Source of the DNA: an uncultured virus (IMG/VR IMGVR_UViG_3300028048_000070)
Lineage: Duplodnaviria; Heunggongvirae; Uroviricota; Caudoviricetes
DNA length: 64,000 bases
Reading direction: 5' to 3' (one strand)
Virus record (IMG/VR): IMGVR_UViG_3300028048_000070
Coordinates: 62,001 to 126,000 of that record
Shown here: piece after piece, positions 1-10,806 of the stretch
Layout: each line of letters starts with the position of its first letter
Numbering within the stretch: position 1 is the first letter of the stretch
Translations under genes and position numbers: made by a program
The notes under the pieces: generated by a model
What the model saw: the letters and a program-made list of their open reading frames with translations, nothing else
Told to the model about the DNA's origin: nothing
Database searches by the model: none

Positions 1-2
1 TC

Positions 3-2096
3 TCTACTCTTAAGAAAGCTGGTGTAGCTTATCAGTTTGTACAAGAGTTAGATAGAGGATATAGATATTCTGATAGACATGATTATATCAAATTTAAAGA
101 TGGATATTTACTTTATGAAGTAAATTATTCTTCTTCTTTACTTATGAATGGTTTTAAGGAATGCGATACAGAGTCTTATTCTATTAAAGAAGTAAATAGT
201 AGAAGAATGTATTTAGAATTCCTTGAAAATTATGGTGGAGGATTAAAAGCAGATGGTATTGAAAACTCTTATGACTGTATGCTTGATCCTATAAGTAAAG
301 AAATATTAGCTCTCTATAAACTTCCTACCGATTATGTGTCTGTAATACTTCATGCTAATAATCTTCTTTCAGATAATAAGTATGTAAGACATACAGATCA
401 GGCTGGTAGAAGGTGGAGAAGAAAAGAATTAATTGCTGGATACTTTTATAAAGCTTTAACTAACTCTTATCTTGAATATGCTAACTCTTTAAGACGTAAT
501 AGAAAATCTGTTAAGATTAGTATGAAACAATCTGCTATTATTGATCTTATTATTTCAGTAGATCCTGGTACTACTAATTACTCTACAAATAATGTAATCA
601 ATGATGTAGAATGTACTAATACTGTTACTAATAAAGGATTAGTAGGAATGAACCAAGCTAGAGCATATTCCGTAAATACTCGTACTTATGATGAATCAAT
701 GCTTAATGTTCTTGGTATGGATACTCCTTTCTCTGGGAATGTTGGTATTAATAGACAAGCCACCATAGATGCTAATATTGAAAGTGAGAGAGGATTAGTT
801 AAAACTATAGATGGTGATGCTAGCAAATTATCTGTAGCAAAAACATTAACTATTACAGAGGGATTGACTCCTCTTGGATCTACTCATGATGATCCCCAAA
901 GAACATTAATGACATATGCTCAGACATCTAAGCATTTGGTTAGATGCTTGAATAATGATCCTATGTTAGTTACTACAGGTGCAGATGAAGCATTGCCTTA
1001 TCTTACATCTAATATATTCTCTTATAAAGCTGCTCAAGATGGCACTGTAATTGAATTAGTTGAGCATGGTGAATTTAGAGATAACTATATGGTTGTCCAA
1101 TATAAAGATGGTACTACAGAATATATTAATCTTAAAGAAGAGATTAAGAAGAATTCTGATGGTGGATATTTTGTTCCTGTTAAATTATCTACTGATTTAA
1201 AATTAGGAGATAAATTTAAAGCAGGATCTATATTAGCTTACGATAAATTATCCTTCTCTAAATCTTTAGGAGAATCTGGTAATCTTGCTGGAGCTATTGG
1301 TACTTTAGCTAAAGTAGCAATAATTAACACAGATGAAGGATTTGAAGATTCTGCTGCAGTTACTGAAACTTTTGCTTCTAAGATGTCTACTGAAGTTATT
1401 ATGCCTATTGAAAAAGTTGTAGATAAAGGATCTAATATTATTGTCTATAAAACTTTAGGTGATAAAGTAATGGAAGGAGATACTTTATTTGCTTATCAAG
1501 CAGATTTTGATGATGAAGTTTATACTACATTACTTAAGAATCTATCTATGAATGGCGAAGGTATTTCTGAACTTGGTAGAAATCCTGTAAAGACAAAATA
1601 TACTGGAATAGTAACAGGAATAGAAGTATATAGAACTGTAGAATTAGAAGAATTATCTGAATCTCTTAGAAACTTTGTAGAAGGATATGAGCGTAATATA
1701 AAAAGAACTAAGAAAATTTATAATAAATATAATTTAGATACTTCTACATTACCAGTTATTGGTAAGATGGATAATATAGGAAAAGCTAAAAATGTATATG
1801 ATGGTGTAAAAATTATATACTATATTAAATATATTGATAAATTAGGTGTTGGTGATAAGATTACATATTATTCTAGTAATAAAGGAATTATTAAATATAT
1901 TATTTCTAAAGAAGATGAACCATATACCGATTTTAGACCTAATGAATCAGTTGATACTTTTATGAGTTTAAGCTCGATAAGTGGTAGAATGACATTTAGT
2001 ATACCTTTACTCGCTGCGACATCTAAACTTATGGTAGAACTTGATAGATCTATTAAAGATATTGCTGGAATACCTTATGATGATTCTAAAATTTAA
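3..2096 (+). CDS. Phage multisubunit RNA polymerase beta-like subunit, C-terminal part (5' end outside window)
   Basis: The frame is open from position 3. Motifs HDDPQRTLM, GFEDSAAV, GDKITYYSSNKGII and SSISGRMT correspond to RpoB HDDANRALM, FEDSILV, GDK...GNKGV and GVPSRMN. It ends before the GGQRFGEME region, so the subunit is split. Confidence 0.9.
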   Translation, partial: STLKKAGVAYQFVQELDRGYRYSDRHDYIKFKDGYLLYEVNYSSSLLMNGFKECDTESYSIKEVNSRRMYLEFLENYGGGLKADGIENSYDCMLDPISKEILALYKLPTDYVSVILHANNLLSDNKYVRHTDQAGRRWRRKELIAGYFYKALTNSYLEYANSLRRNRKSVKISMKQSAIIDLIISVDPGTTNYSTNNVINDVECTNTVTNKGLVGMNQARAYSVNTRTYDESMLNVLGMDTPFSGNVGINRQATIDANIESERGLVKTIDGDASKLSVAKTLTITEGLTPLGSTHDDPQRTLMTYAQTSKHLVRCLNNDPMLVTTGADEALPYLTSNIFSYKAAQDGTVIELVEHGEFRDNYMVVQYKDGTTEYINLKEEIKKNSDGGYFVPVKLSTDLKLGDKFKAGSILAYDKLSFSKSLGESGNLAGAIGTLAKVAIINTDEGFEDSAAVTETFASKMSTEVIMPIEKVVDKGSNIIVYKTLGDKVMEGDTLFAYQADFDDEVYTTLLKNLSMNGEGISELGRNPVKTKYTGIVTGIEVYRTVELEELSESLRNFVEGYERNIKRTKKIYNKYNLDTSTLPVIGKMDNIGKAKNVYDGVKIIYYIKYIDKLGVGDKITYYSSNKGIIKYIISKEDEPYTDFRPNESVDTFMSLSSISGRMTFSIPLLAATSKLMVELDRSIKDIAGIPYDDSKI

Positions 2097-2106
2097 AAAA
2101 AATATA

Positions 2107-2134
2107 GGAGAGAGTAGGATTTCCTACTCTCTCT
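2107..2134. terminator. Intrinsic terminator between convergent genes
   Basis: Inverted repeat agagagtagg-attt-cctactctct flanked by A/T runs. Confidence 0.7.
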
Positions 2135-2405
2135 ATTTAATTAGAATTAATATATTTATTAAAATCAAACTCATTACTAATACTGAAAATAATGTAGATA
2201 ATTTTGATAGTCTTGAATCATAAATATTATTTTTTCTATTAATATTATCTATTATTCCGATTCCTATTGTACAAAGTCCAGCTACAAGAAAACCTATAGC
2301 ATTTTCTTTATAAGCTATAATATCTAAAATAGAAAAAAGAATAATAATAGTACCACCAATTAATTCTATAATAATAAATATCTTATCTATTTTCTTATTA
2401 TTCAT
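2133..2405 (-). CDS. Small membrane protein
   Basis: 90 aa with three hydrophobic segments; paralogous to 2398-2562. Confidence 0.7.
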   Translation of the reverse strand: MNNKKIDKIFIIIELIGGTIIILFSILDIIAYKENAIGFLVAGLCTIGIGIIDNINRKNNIYDSRLSKLSTLFSVLVMSLILINILILIK

Positions 2406-2562
2406 ATATAATATTAGCTATTATTCCAATTCCTAATAAAAATAATCCAGCTATAAAAAGATTTACTGAATTTTCTTTATATATTATAAGATCTATAATA
2501 GATATAATTATACTACTTAATCCTGATGATACCATTATAACAATACAATCTTTACTATCCAT
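2398..2562 (-). CDS. Small membrane protein, 54 aa (not in ORF track)
   Basis: Translates MDSKDCIVIMVSSGLSSIIISIIDLIIYKENSVNLFIAGLFLLGIGIIANIIYE. It shares I.D.I.YKEN...AGL...GIGII.NI with the downstream gene and its stop overlaps that gene's start. Confidence 0.7.
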   Translation of the reverse strand: MDSKDCIVIMVSSGLSSIIISIIDLIIYKENSVNLFIAGLFLLGIGIIANIIYE

Positions 2563-2570
2563 TATTTATC

Positions 2571-3221
2571 CTATTCAGATTTCTGAATTATTAAGGTTTC
2601 TTCATCTACGGAACCATTTTCAACTTCTTTAGTTTCAGTTTCTTCTTTATCTAAAGAATTTTCTTTTGTTTCAATATTTTCTTTTTCTTCTTTTTTATTA
2701 TCTTCCGATTCATCAATAAGTAATGAATCTGTAGGATTATTAAAAGGTTGTATTTCTTTAGTAAATGTATCTTTATAATTTTCTTGTACTTGAATTAAAT
2801 TATAATATAAATCAGGAATAATATTTCTATTTGCAATTGTAGTAGCTAATTCTACAAGATCACATAATATAATTTCATCATAATATCTTCCTAAAGCTTT
2901 AATCTGATAAGGATTTCTAAGTATTGCCATAAAATAAATACCGGTTGCAATTACAGGTTTTTCAATAGTACCAAAATTAAGAGAGAAAATAGTAAGTGGT
3001 AATGCCCTTTTTACCTCTCCTTCTGGTTGAGTAATAATACTTACATCAGCATTAAATTCTTCAAGATAATAATCTCTAATACTATCTTCAATCAGTTTAT
3101 TGGGATTAGATTCAAATATACCACATGTCCAAAGTCCAGGAAGAACAGACTTATTATTTCCTTTTGCTATAAGAAATTTTCCATTGGGTGTCATACACAC
3201 AACACTAAAAAGAGTATTCAT
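2571..3221 (-). CDS. Nudix-fold protein with degenerate Nudix box and acidic tail
   Basis: GKFLIAK...LPGLW.CG...IEDSIRDYYLEEFNA resembles a Nudix N-terminus and box. Confidence 0.55.
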   Translation of the reverse strand: MNTLFSVVCMTPNGKFLIAKGNNKSVLPGLWTCGIFESNPNKLIEDSIRDYYLEEFNADVSIITQPEGEVKRALPLTIFSLNFGTIEKPVIATGIYFMAILRNPYQIKALGRYYDEIILCDLVELATTIANRNIIPDLYYNLIQVQENYKDTFTKEIQPFNNPTDSLLIDESEDNKKEEKENIETKENSLDKEETETKEVENGSVDEETLIIQKSE

Positions 3222-3287
3222 TTATTATCTCTCCTTATATAATAATATTTAGATGTAGAGAAATTAATAAAAAATAAATCCAGAGAA

Positions 3288-5999
3288 TTATTCTCTGGAT
3301 TTATCTAATTCATATTTAAAATATTTCAAAACTGATAATAGGTCTTTCATAAACTGATTAGAATCTTTAATATTCTTAATCAGCATGAGATGATGTTCAT
3401 CTTGACACATCTGTCCTATAGCTTTGCTATCTTCAGCAGGTATCATTTTAGTTGAAGAATCTTTTATACTAAATTCATTAATATATTCATTATTTGTATA
3501 AAATTTTTTATTAAGATATTTTGCTTCAGGTTTTATCCTATAATAAGTCATTACAGATTTAGTTGTAGATGCAAATGCTTTATTATACCAAAGTATATTA
3601 CCATTAGGAAATTTAGCACAAAAAAGTTCAGAAATAGGACTAAAATCAAATTTTTCAACATCTTTTATTTTTCTATCATCTTGATTAAAATTAATTTCTA
3701 CCATTTCAATAAGACTTAAAATTTTAAAATAATCAAGATGACCATCTTTAATTAATTCTTCAAAATCATCAAGCAACTGTGATATATTATAATTATCACT
3801 ATACTTGAGATATTTTAATTCTCTTCTTTCTTGACCTTCTCCTCTATAATTAATATCTTTGATATATTCTTCTGTAAAGATATTACATATTACTTGCCAT
3901 ACATAAGAAGATATTTCAAATAATTTTCTACTTTTAAATCTTTTATTTGAATTATCTAATATAGTAGTAGCATGTAAGAAATAATTTTTATCTACTTTTT
4001 CATCAAAAACATAATTTACTAATCCTGTAAGATCAATATTAGCTATTCCAGCAAAAGAACAAAGATTTAAATTTAATTCATCAGAAGTATTATACTTGCA
4101 TCCTTGTCTAAACCACTCTTTTACTCTAGGAACAGAATAATTGATCTTATCAAAGATTCTACCTATAAAGTATTCATCATCAGAATCAGAATACCAAACA
4201 TAAAGAGAATCTAATAAAATATCTTTATAATTAATATTCATTATGAATGAATTATTCTGGAATAATTGACCATATCCAATATCACTAAAGATATTATTTT
4301 CATCATAATATTCCAATTCATCCATAACAGAAAATTCTTTAAAGCACTCCGCTACATTTTTAAGTTCTTTAGAATCCATGCAGAATTGAATTCTAATAGA
4401 TTTTATGTAAGGTAACAATTTATCTCTAATATAGTCTCCATATTGAATAGGATTTTCAAAAGGAGTTTTAGTAGATATAATTACATTATTAGACTTATCT
4501 TTTATAGTCTTTATTACATGCTTATTACTATCTGATGTAGAAGGATCAAAAGATAAATTAGAATTATCTGGATTAGTTATATTATCAATCATAGATGAAA
4601 TATGCTCTAATATATCTCCAATTGATCCTTCTGAATTTCTATCAATTAAAATTACATTTCCTTTTATATTTAATTTCTCTGCTATTTCTTTCTTTTCTTT
4701 TTCAAATTTTTGTAACAAAGATTCTGTAAAACTATTAAATCCAGCTATAATAATTCCATCTGGTATACCAGCATTTTCTAATTCTTCCATTAACCATGAT
4801 ATAAGTTCAGCATAACAACTAGCAATATTGTAATCTTGAATATCTTCTTGATTTATAATATTATTATTTGCATCTACTAAAACTACAATAGGAAATTTTA
4901 CTGTACTATTGGTTTTTTCATCATAAATTTCAGCAGCTGCAATATTCATTAAATAATACTTATCTTTTTCATATTGATAACTTACAATAGATTTTATATT
5001 ATTTTTAATATTATAAGGTACAGATAATTTAAAAGAATTATCTTTATATAAACATTCTATCTGTTCAAATCTTTTTATAATTTCATCAACGCAGTCATCA
5101 ATACAATTATCTTGTATTTCTATACCATCTTTATCAATAATTGCTGAATCTTCTATTATTAAATGCTCAGCAGATACTAAATCTTCTACTAATTCTTTAT
5201 AATTACTTGTATTAATAGTTTTATTAGTATCAATAACCCATTTATATTGTCTAGATGATTTATCAGTATATGATTTTAATACTTTATAAAAGTCATTATC
5301 ATCACAATAAAAAACATATTCTTTATTTATCTTTCTAATTTCTAATATAGCTAATTCAAAAGCTTTTAGTGCTAATATAATATCAGAAATTAATTCAGTT
5401 ATGATAGCAAAGATTCTCTTTCTACGAGTTTTAATCTTTTTATTAAGTTTAATATCAGATATATGATATAAACTACCTTTATATCCAATTAAAAATCTCA
5501 TTTCACCAAGAGTATCTTTAGTTTCTTCTAATATAACCTGAAGATCTGTATGATTTTCTGTATTAAAATATTTAGTACTGATTATAAAAGCATATAACAT
5601 ACAATTTAAATCATTAAATAATTCTTTTTTATCACTCTCTACATCAGAAAAATGTTTTACATCTTCATTAGTATAATCTTCCCATTCATTATCAATAATA
5701 TCAACTGCTATATTTTTAAAATCAGGTTTAGATATAGTCTTTGTATCATTGTCTAATCTATATATATATTCAAAAATATATAGATTTTTTTCATACTCCT
5801 CTATTGTATATTTTACCATATCATAATCAGCTTCATCATCCCCAACATATGGATTATTATACATTGAATATAATTTTATTAAAGCTAAAGTTGTATAATA
5901 ACCAAGATCTCTTAATACTGGAATAAGATGATTATTTTTATCACTTTGTTGATTTTTTAATATATTAGCAAAACATTTTATAATTTCTGGAAACAGCAT
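3288..5999 (-). CDS. Large hypothetical protein, 903 aa
   Basis: Long ORF with GGAG RBS; no motif recognised. Confidence 0.8.
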   Translation of the reverse strand: MLFPEIIKCFANILKNQQSDKNNHLIPVLRDLGYYTTLALIKLYSMYNNPYVGDDEADYDMVKYTIEEYEKNLYIFEYIYRLDNDTKTISKPDFKNIAVDIIDNEWEDYTNEDVKHFSDVESDKKELFNDLNCMLYAFIISTKYFNTENHTDLQVILEETKDTLGEMRFLIGYKGSLYHISDIKLNKKIKTRRKRIFAIITELISDIILALKAFELAILEIRKINKEYVFYCDDNDFYKVLKSYTDKSSRQYKWVIDTNKTINTSNYKELVEDLVSAEHLIIEDSAIIDKDGIEIQDNCIDDCVDEIIKRFEQIECLYKDNSFKLSVPYNIKNNIKSIVSYQYEKDKYYLMNIAAAEIYDEKTNSTVKFPIVVLVDANNNIINQEDIQDYNIASCYAELISWLMEELENAGIPDGIIIAGFNSFTESLLQKFEKEKKEIAEKLNIKGNVILIDRNSEGSIGDILEHISSMIDNITNPDNSNLSFDPSTSDSNKHVIKTIKDKSNNVIISTKTPFENPIQYGDYIRDKLLPYIKSIRIQFCMDSKELKNVAECFKEFSVMDELEYYDENNIFSDIGYGQLFQNNSFIMNINYKDILLDSLYVWYSDSDDEYFIGRIFDKINYSVPRVKEWFRQGCKYNTSDELNLNLCSFAGIANIDLTGLVNYVFDEKVDKNYFLHATTILDNSNKRFKSRKLFEISSYVWQVICNIFTEEYIKDINYRGEGQERRELKYLKYSDNYNISQLLDDFEELIKDGHLDYFKILSLIEMVEINFNQDDRKIKDVEKFDFSPISELFCAKFPNGNILWYNKAFASTTKSVMTYYRIKPEAKYLNKKFYTNNEYINEFSIKDSSTKMIPAEDSKAIGQMCQDEHHLMLIKNIKDSNQFMKDLLSVLKYFKYELDKSRE

Positions 6000-6011
6000 A
6001 TAAAAATCTCC

Positions 6012-6455
6012 TTAATCAATTTTAAAAGAATATATATTATTCTTTATATTTTCCATCATTTGATCAATAAATTCTCCTCTATCTACACTAACCATCTGAG
6101 AATCATGATCTACCCATATAGCATAATCAGATTCTCCACAGCAGAGAAATTCATAATTTCTAGGAAATTTGGATAAAATATCAATTACTTCTCCTACTGT
6201 ATAAGTTTCAACTTCTTCTTTTTCGATCTGAATAGATCCATCAGGATTAGAAGCTCTTTTAGGTTCTGTATCTTTAATAATCAAATTATTAGCAGATTGA
6301 ATCTCAGGATGTTCATAATAAACACTATAATCAGCATCATTTCTTTTTGTTTTAAACTTAGCTTCAAGTTCAATATTATCGGATTTGATTAAATCTTTAA
6401 AAGCATTCTCTTCAATTTCAATAATTGCAGAAATTTTAACTTTTTTTGTATTCAT
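6012..6455 (-). CDS. Hypothetical protein
   Basis: ORF with strong RBS (AGGAGGAG) downstream of the early-type motif at 6500-6514. Confidence 0.8.
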   Translation of the reverse strand: MNTKKVKISAIIEIEENAFKDLIKSDNIELEAKFKTKRNDADYSVYYEHPEIQSANNLIIKDTEPKRASNPDGSIQIEKEEVETYTVGEVIDILSKFPRNYEFLCCGESDYAIWVDHDSQMVSVDRGEFIDQMMENIKNNIYSFKID

Positions 6456-6499
6456 TTTTACTCCTCCTATTAATAAATAATTAATTTATAAATCAAGTT

Positions 6500-6514
6500 T
6501 CATTATTATAATAT
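6500..6514 (-). promoter_or_regulatory. Putative early promoter motif ATATTATAATAATGA
   Basis: Same or near-identical 15-mer recurs at 14127(+), 24646(+), 36086(-) and 41822(-), each upstream of non-structural genes. Confidence 0.55.
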
Positions 6515-6597
6515 ATTATTAAAAACATCTTTATTTTACCTTTTATAAATATTAATAAAAGTTAACTAAAATATAATAGGAGGACTTATATATTATT

Positions 6598-7431
6598 ATG
6601 ATGAATCCTAATGTATCACTTATTAAACTTGATGATGTCAAAGATAGTAAAGGACAGACATTTCATATTGGAGAATTACCAGAAATTGAAGATACTCAGA
6701 ATTATGATTTAAATAATCCAAAAGAAGTTACTAGATTTATTAAGGACGTTAAATCTGAAGTAAGAACATCTTTTGAATATAGAGAACTAATTCGATATTT
6801 GAAAGAATATGGTGGATTTGATAGATCTGGAATATCTGAAAATATTTCTAATTCTGATGGGTCTAAAGTTAAAATTGAGGTCCATCATACTCCTTTAACT
6901 ATTGAAGATATTGTCAAAATTATCTATGAAAAGAGAAGATTCTATCATGAAGATTTATCTCTTGAATCGGTTGCTAAAGAAGTAATGGAGTGTCATTATA
7001 AAGGAATAGTTGGTTTATATCCTTTAACGGCTACTGAGCATGAATTAGTTCATAATGGTTATTTATTTATACCACCTAAAGATGTATTTGGTAGATATGA
7101 TTTATTTGTATCTACTTATTCTCAATTTATGGAACCAGAAGACAAAGAAACATTAGAAGAGATAGAAGAATATGGTAAGAATTTTGATACTACTGAACAA
7201 AATAAAATTCTAGCTCAATCTAATATTTATATTGATCCTGCTGGTGCTTATGAATTACCTAGGTTAAATATAATTAAAGATGCTTTTGTTAATAGGATAG
7301 AGACAATTAAGAATAATATGTATTCCTTACCTATATTAGATGAACAAGTTCAAGAGAAAGAACCTGAAATGAAAGAAGTTATCTTTTTTGTAGATAATGA
7401 TGGTAATCGTATTGATGAGCCTAAATCTTAA
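6598..7431 (+). CDS. Conserved phage protein with HNH-like His motifs; paralog of 25920-26798
   Basis: IEVHHTPLTIEDIV and PLTATEHELVHNG align with IEMHHNFLTIYDIT and MLSETAHQLYHAN of the paralog. Confidence 0.65.
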   Translation: MMNPNVSLIKLDDVKDSKGQTFHIGELPEIEDTQNYDLNNPKEVTRFIKDVKSEVRTSFEYRELIRYLKEYGGFDRSGISENISNSDGSKVKIEVHHTPLTIEDIVKIIYEKRRFYHEDLSLESVAKEVMECHYKGIVGLYPLTATEHELVHNGYLFIPPKDVFGRYDLFVSTYSQFMEPEDKETLEEIEEYGKNFDTTEQNKILAQSNIYIDPAGAYELPRLNIIKDAFVNRIETIKNNMYSLPILDEQVQEKEPEMKEVIFFVDNDGNRIDEPKS

Positions 7432-7534
7432 CTAGATTGAATATTAATCTTGTTAAGATTTGATAACGGGTGCACGGTTATCAAATATTATAAATTATAA
7501 TATTAAATTTAGCATGAGAAAAGGAGTCAATACG

Positions 7535-8110
7535 ATGACTAATAAAGAAATTAAATATATTCTTGAAGAAGATTCTACACCTTCTAATGCTGTAGATGTT
7601 CATTATATGTCTCCAGAAGAAATAGAAGGTCCTGGAAAAATTCCTACAGAAGTTCCAAAATTTGATGGTAGAGAAGTATTCCACGATAATGATGAAGAAA
7701 ATAATAAAGAGAAGAATAGTCAATCTAATTTGTTTAACTCTTTCGGTTCTCAGAAAATTTCAGATGAACCTGATAATGATATAAGCTCAAGTTCTCCTGA
7801 TGTACAGCCTAATTATACTCCTATGGATGCTATTAATCAAATTAAGGCAGACCCTGCTAATGTGATTGTAGCAAGATATAAAGATAATAATTATGTACAT
7901 CATGATGATCTTAAGAACTACATGAATGCTTCTGATACTAGAGATTATGATACTGCTGTGAAGAACATCATTGATTCTAATGATGATGAATCACTTTATA
8001 ATAATGGCTTAAAGATTGTCATGTCAAGATCTGAATTTGATAATTGTTCAGAAGAAGAAAAGGCTAATCTTGAAGCTGCTAATGTAGAATTTGAAATCTA
8101 TAATAATTGA
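7535..8110 (+). CDS. Acidic putative virion (head-internal) protein
   Basis: The AAGGAG RBS precedes ATG 7535. The C-terminal domain (NVIVARYKDNNYVHHDDL) resembles the duplicated domain of the next gene. Confidence 0.6.
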   Translation: MTNKEIKYILEEDSTPSNAVDVHYMSPEEIEGPGKIPTEVPKFDGREVFHDNDEENNKEKNSQSNLFNSFGSQKISDEPDNDISSSSPDVQPNYTPMDAINQIKADPANVIVARYKDNNYVHHDDLKNYMNASDTRDYDTAVKNIIDSNDDESLYNNGLKIVMSRSEFDNCSEEEKANLEAANVEFEIYNN

Positions 8111-8124
8111 TGAGGTAAACAAAC

Positions 8125-9051
8125 ATGATTAAATATCTTAATGAAGAAGATATCGAAATGGATGTTCAGGTTGGACCTAAGGATGAGATTGATGTAAGTG
8201 CTGATCCTGAAGAGGCTGCTCCTACTCAGTCTGTTAATCCTGTTGATATTGCTAAGTCTGCACCTGAAAATATTCCTGTTGCTGTTGTTAAGAGTGATGA
8301 CCAGAATGATGCTGGTAATGAAGAGAAGCTTGAGTTCTATGTCGATGCTAGAGATGTGGAGAAGTATGCTGATCTGAATGAATTTACTATGATTGAAGCT
8401 CTTAATAGCATTATTCATTGCTATGAAGAAGCAGGAATGAGAGCTGATAATACTACTGTTGTTATCAGTGAGAGTACTGCTAACTATGCTAGAAATATTG
8501 AAAAGCATGGTGGTGCTTATATGTTTATCAAAGAGGCCGATGAAGATATTAGCATTGATGTGCAGGTTGGACCGAATGGTGAAGACATGCAGGTTGAAGC
8601 TGATCCTCAGGAAGCTAATCCTGTTGATGCTGTAAAGAGAGACTATGGTAATGTTGTAGTTGCTAAGCAGGGTGATGAATTCTTCACTGATGTTGAAGAT
8701 GTTCAGAAGTGTGCTGAACTTAATTGTGAATCTGTTATTGCTACCCTTAATGGTATTATTAAGGTTAATGAAGCAGATTGTGATATTTGTGCACAGAATT
8801 TGAATGTTATCATTACTGAAGATACATCTTTTGATATTTTTAGAACTCTTTGTGAAGCAAATGTATCAATGCTTTATGAAGTAAAAGGGAATCCTGTAAA
8901 TAGATTAGCAAAAGAAGTTATTAAACCTGGTCAGAAACTTGATAAAAAGAATTTAGGAAATTATATTAATAATGTATATGGAAAAAAGAATCTGTCTGAT
9001 GAAGAAAAGAAGCAGATAGAAGAATGGAAGAAAAAGAACGGGATTAAATAA
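8125..9051 (+). CDS. Acidic putative virion protein with internal duplication
   Basis: Two copies of EDI..DVQVGP......V.ADP.EA.P; high-expression codon bias (gct/ggt/aag). Confidence 0.65.
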   Translation: MIKYLNEEDIEMDVQVGPKDEIDVSADPEEAAPTQSVNPVDIAKSAPENIPVAVVKSDDQNDAGNEEKLEFYVDARDVEKYADLNEFTMIEALNSIIHCYEEAGMRADNTTVVISESTANYARNIEKHGGAYMFIKEADEDISIDVQVGPNGEDMQVEADPQEANPVDAVKRDYGNVVVAKQGDEFFTDVEDVQKCAELNCESVIATLNGIIKVNEADCDICAQNLNVIITEDTSFDIFRTLCEANVSMLYEVKGNPVNRLAKEVIKPGQKLDKKNLGNYINNVYGKKNLSDEEKKQIEEWKKKNGIK

Positions 9052-9060
9052 TTTATATAA

Positions 9061-9091
9061 TACTAGATAATAGCTATGCTATTATCTAGTA
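9061..9091 (+). terminator. Intrinsic terminator
   Basis: tactagataatagc-tat-gctattatctagta followed by a T run. Confidence 0.75.
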
Positions 9092-9149
9092 TTTATTTTT
9101 TAATATTTTTAAATAAATAATATTATTATGAAAGGGGGTAATAATAAAT

Positions 9150-9854
9150 ATGGCATTAACGACAAAACAGTTTAAAGAATTATTACAATTTATTCAATCT
9201 TTATCTACTGAAGAAATAACAGAAGAAATTCATGAATTAAATTTTAAAAGAATTACAGATTTGCAATTTTATTTTGATATATTTATAAAAGTATCTGATT
9301 CATACTGGTATATTGCAGATAATAGTGAAAAATATAATACAGTTACTGTTAAGCCAACAATTTTATCTGATAAAGATGAAATTGATTTTTGGAACTCAAG
9401 AAATTGTTCTTTAAAAGTACCAAGTACTATAACTAGAAAATGGTTAAGAAGTATTATTAAATTATCTGATGATATAATTGATAAATACCCAAGATTAACA
9501 CCAAAATTAATTGCCGATCAGTTATATAAGTATGCTAACATTATGGATCTTATTCCTTTAAAAGGGATAAATATTTATTCTAATAAAGATTGGAATAAAA
9601 TATGTAAAAAATATAATGTTGAAAATGCTAAAGGATTTGCAAATTATGAAAATGGAGAAGTATATGTAAATATTGATACAACTGACTGTAATTTATGGTC
9701 ATTACTTTGTCATGAAATAAGACACATAGGATTAGAATGTAATCCCATATATTTCTCTTCTAATGAGGAAAAAAGAAATGAAGAAAATGTTGTTGAATAT
9801 GGAAATTTATGCGGAACAACATTTGAATGGGATGATAGTTGGATTGATGAATAA
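9150..9854 (+). CDS. Putative HExxH zinc metalloprotease-like protein
   Basis: GFANYENGEVYVN...SLLCHEIRHIG...EE, a zincin-like arrangement. Confidence 0.55.
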   Translation: MALTTKQFKELLQFIQSLSTEEITEEIHELNFKRITDLQFYFDIFIKVSDSYWYIADNSEKYNTVTVKPTILSDKDEIDFWNSRNCSLKVPSTITRKWLRSIIKLSDDIIDKYPRLTPKLIADQLYKYANIMDLIPLKGINIYSNKDWNKICKKYNVENAKGFANYENGEVYVNIDTTDCNLWSLLCHEIRHIGLECNPIYFSSNEEKRNEENVVEYGNLCGTTFEWDDSWIDE

Positions 9855-9969
9855 TAGAGGAATTTATTCCTCTATTATTTTTTATTAAACTTAAAATTGT
9901 TTTTTTTTTGAGTACTTTTTATTAATATAAAAATTCTTATAATCTTATATATAAAGGAGAATACATAAT

Positions 9970-10719
9970 ATGGCTATATATTCATATGATAATACTATTA
10001 ATGCTATATTAATAAATGAAAATTGTTATAATGGAGAAGAGATAGATTCTTATCTTACAGAAGCTGGTACAGGTATTGAACATATTTCTGGATTTTATCA
10101 GCTTGCTACAAGTTTAATTGCACTTGCTAAAAAAATTGGTGGTAAACTTATTGGAAAGAAAAATTATACATCAAAAAGTATAGAATATCAGATTGATAGA
10201 TGTGAAAAATTACGAGATCGAATTGATGAAGAGCTTAAAGATCTTAAAAATAATAATTATAAAATTAAACCTAGTTATGTAGCTAAAAATTTCTTTGGAA
10301 GTTTTATTGCATTAATTACAACAACTTCTATTGAAGGGTGGCTTCTTCTTAAAATTGATAAAGTAAGTACGGTTTCTTTATTTAAACAAAATATGAATGT
10401 TAAATATAAATATGGAAAAAATTTTGTTGATTCTCTTTCAGATAGATATAAAGCTACAGCAAAACGAAGTTTAGATAATAGTTTTATCGATGCCTATGAT
10501 GTTGGCATGAATAGAATAGATACTGATTATAAAAAACTAGGAATTACTGCTCAAAAAATAACATTAATTATATCTGCTATTCTTGCTGCTGGAACAACAG
10601 TAGCTATTCTTAGTGATTATAAAAAATCCTTAATTGAATGGAAAGAAGCATTAAATAAATCGATTGAAACTCTTAAAAAAGCACATAAAAAAGCTCTTGA
10701 GAAAGAAAAGAATAAATAA
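9970..10719 (+). CDS. Putative virion-internal or membrane-associated protein
   Basis: N-terminal INEN/LTEA motifs, a hydrophobic segment and a coiled-coil C-terminus. Confidence 0.55.
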   Translation: MAIYSYDNTINAILINENCYNGEEIDSYLTEAGTGIEHISGFYQLATSLIALAKKIGGKLIGKKNYTSKSIEYQIDRCEKLRDRIDEELKDLKNNNYKIKPSYVAKNFFGSFIALITTTSIEGWLLLKIDKVSTVSLFKQNMNVKYKYGKNFVDSLSDRYKATAKRSLDNSFIDAYDVGMNRIDTDYKKLGITAQKITLIISAILAAGTTVAILSDYKKSLIEWKEALNKSIETLKKAHKKALEKEKNK

Positions 10720-10723
10720 TATA

Positions 10724-10758
10724 AAAACTCATCAGAGAATATTCTCTGATGAGTTTTT
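10724..10758 (+). terminator. Intrinsic terminator
   Basis: aaaactcatcagagaa-ta-ttctctgatgagtttt followed by a T run. Confidence 0.8.
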
Positions 10759-10806
10759 ATTTTTAAGCACTACTTAATAATCAATAAAATTAATGGTGGT
10801 TATAAT

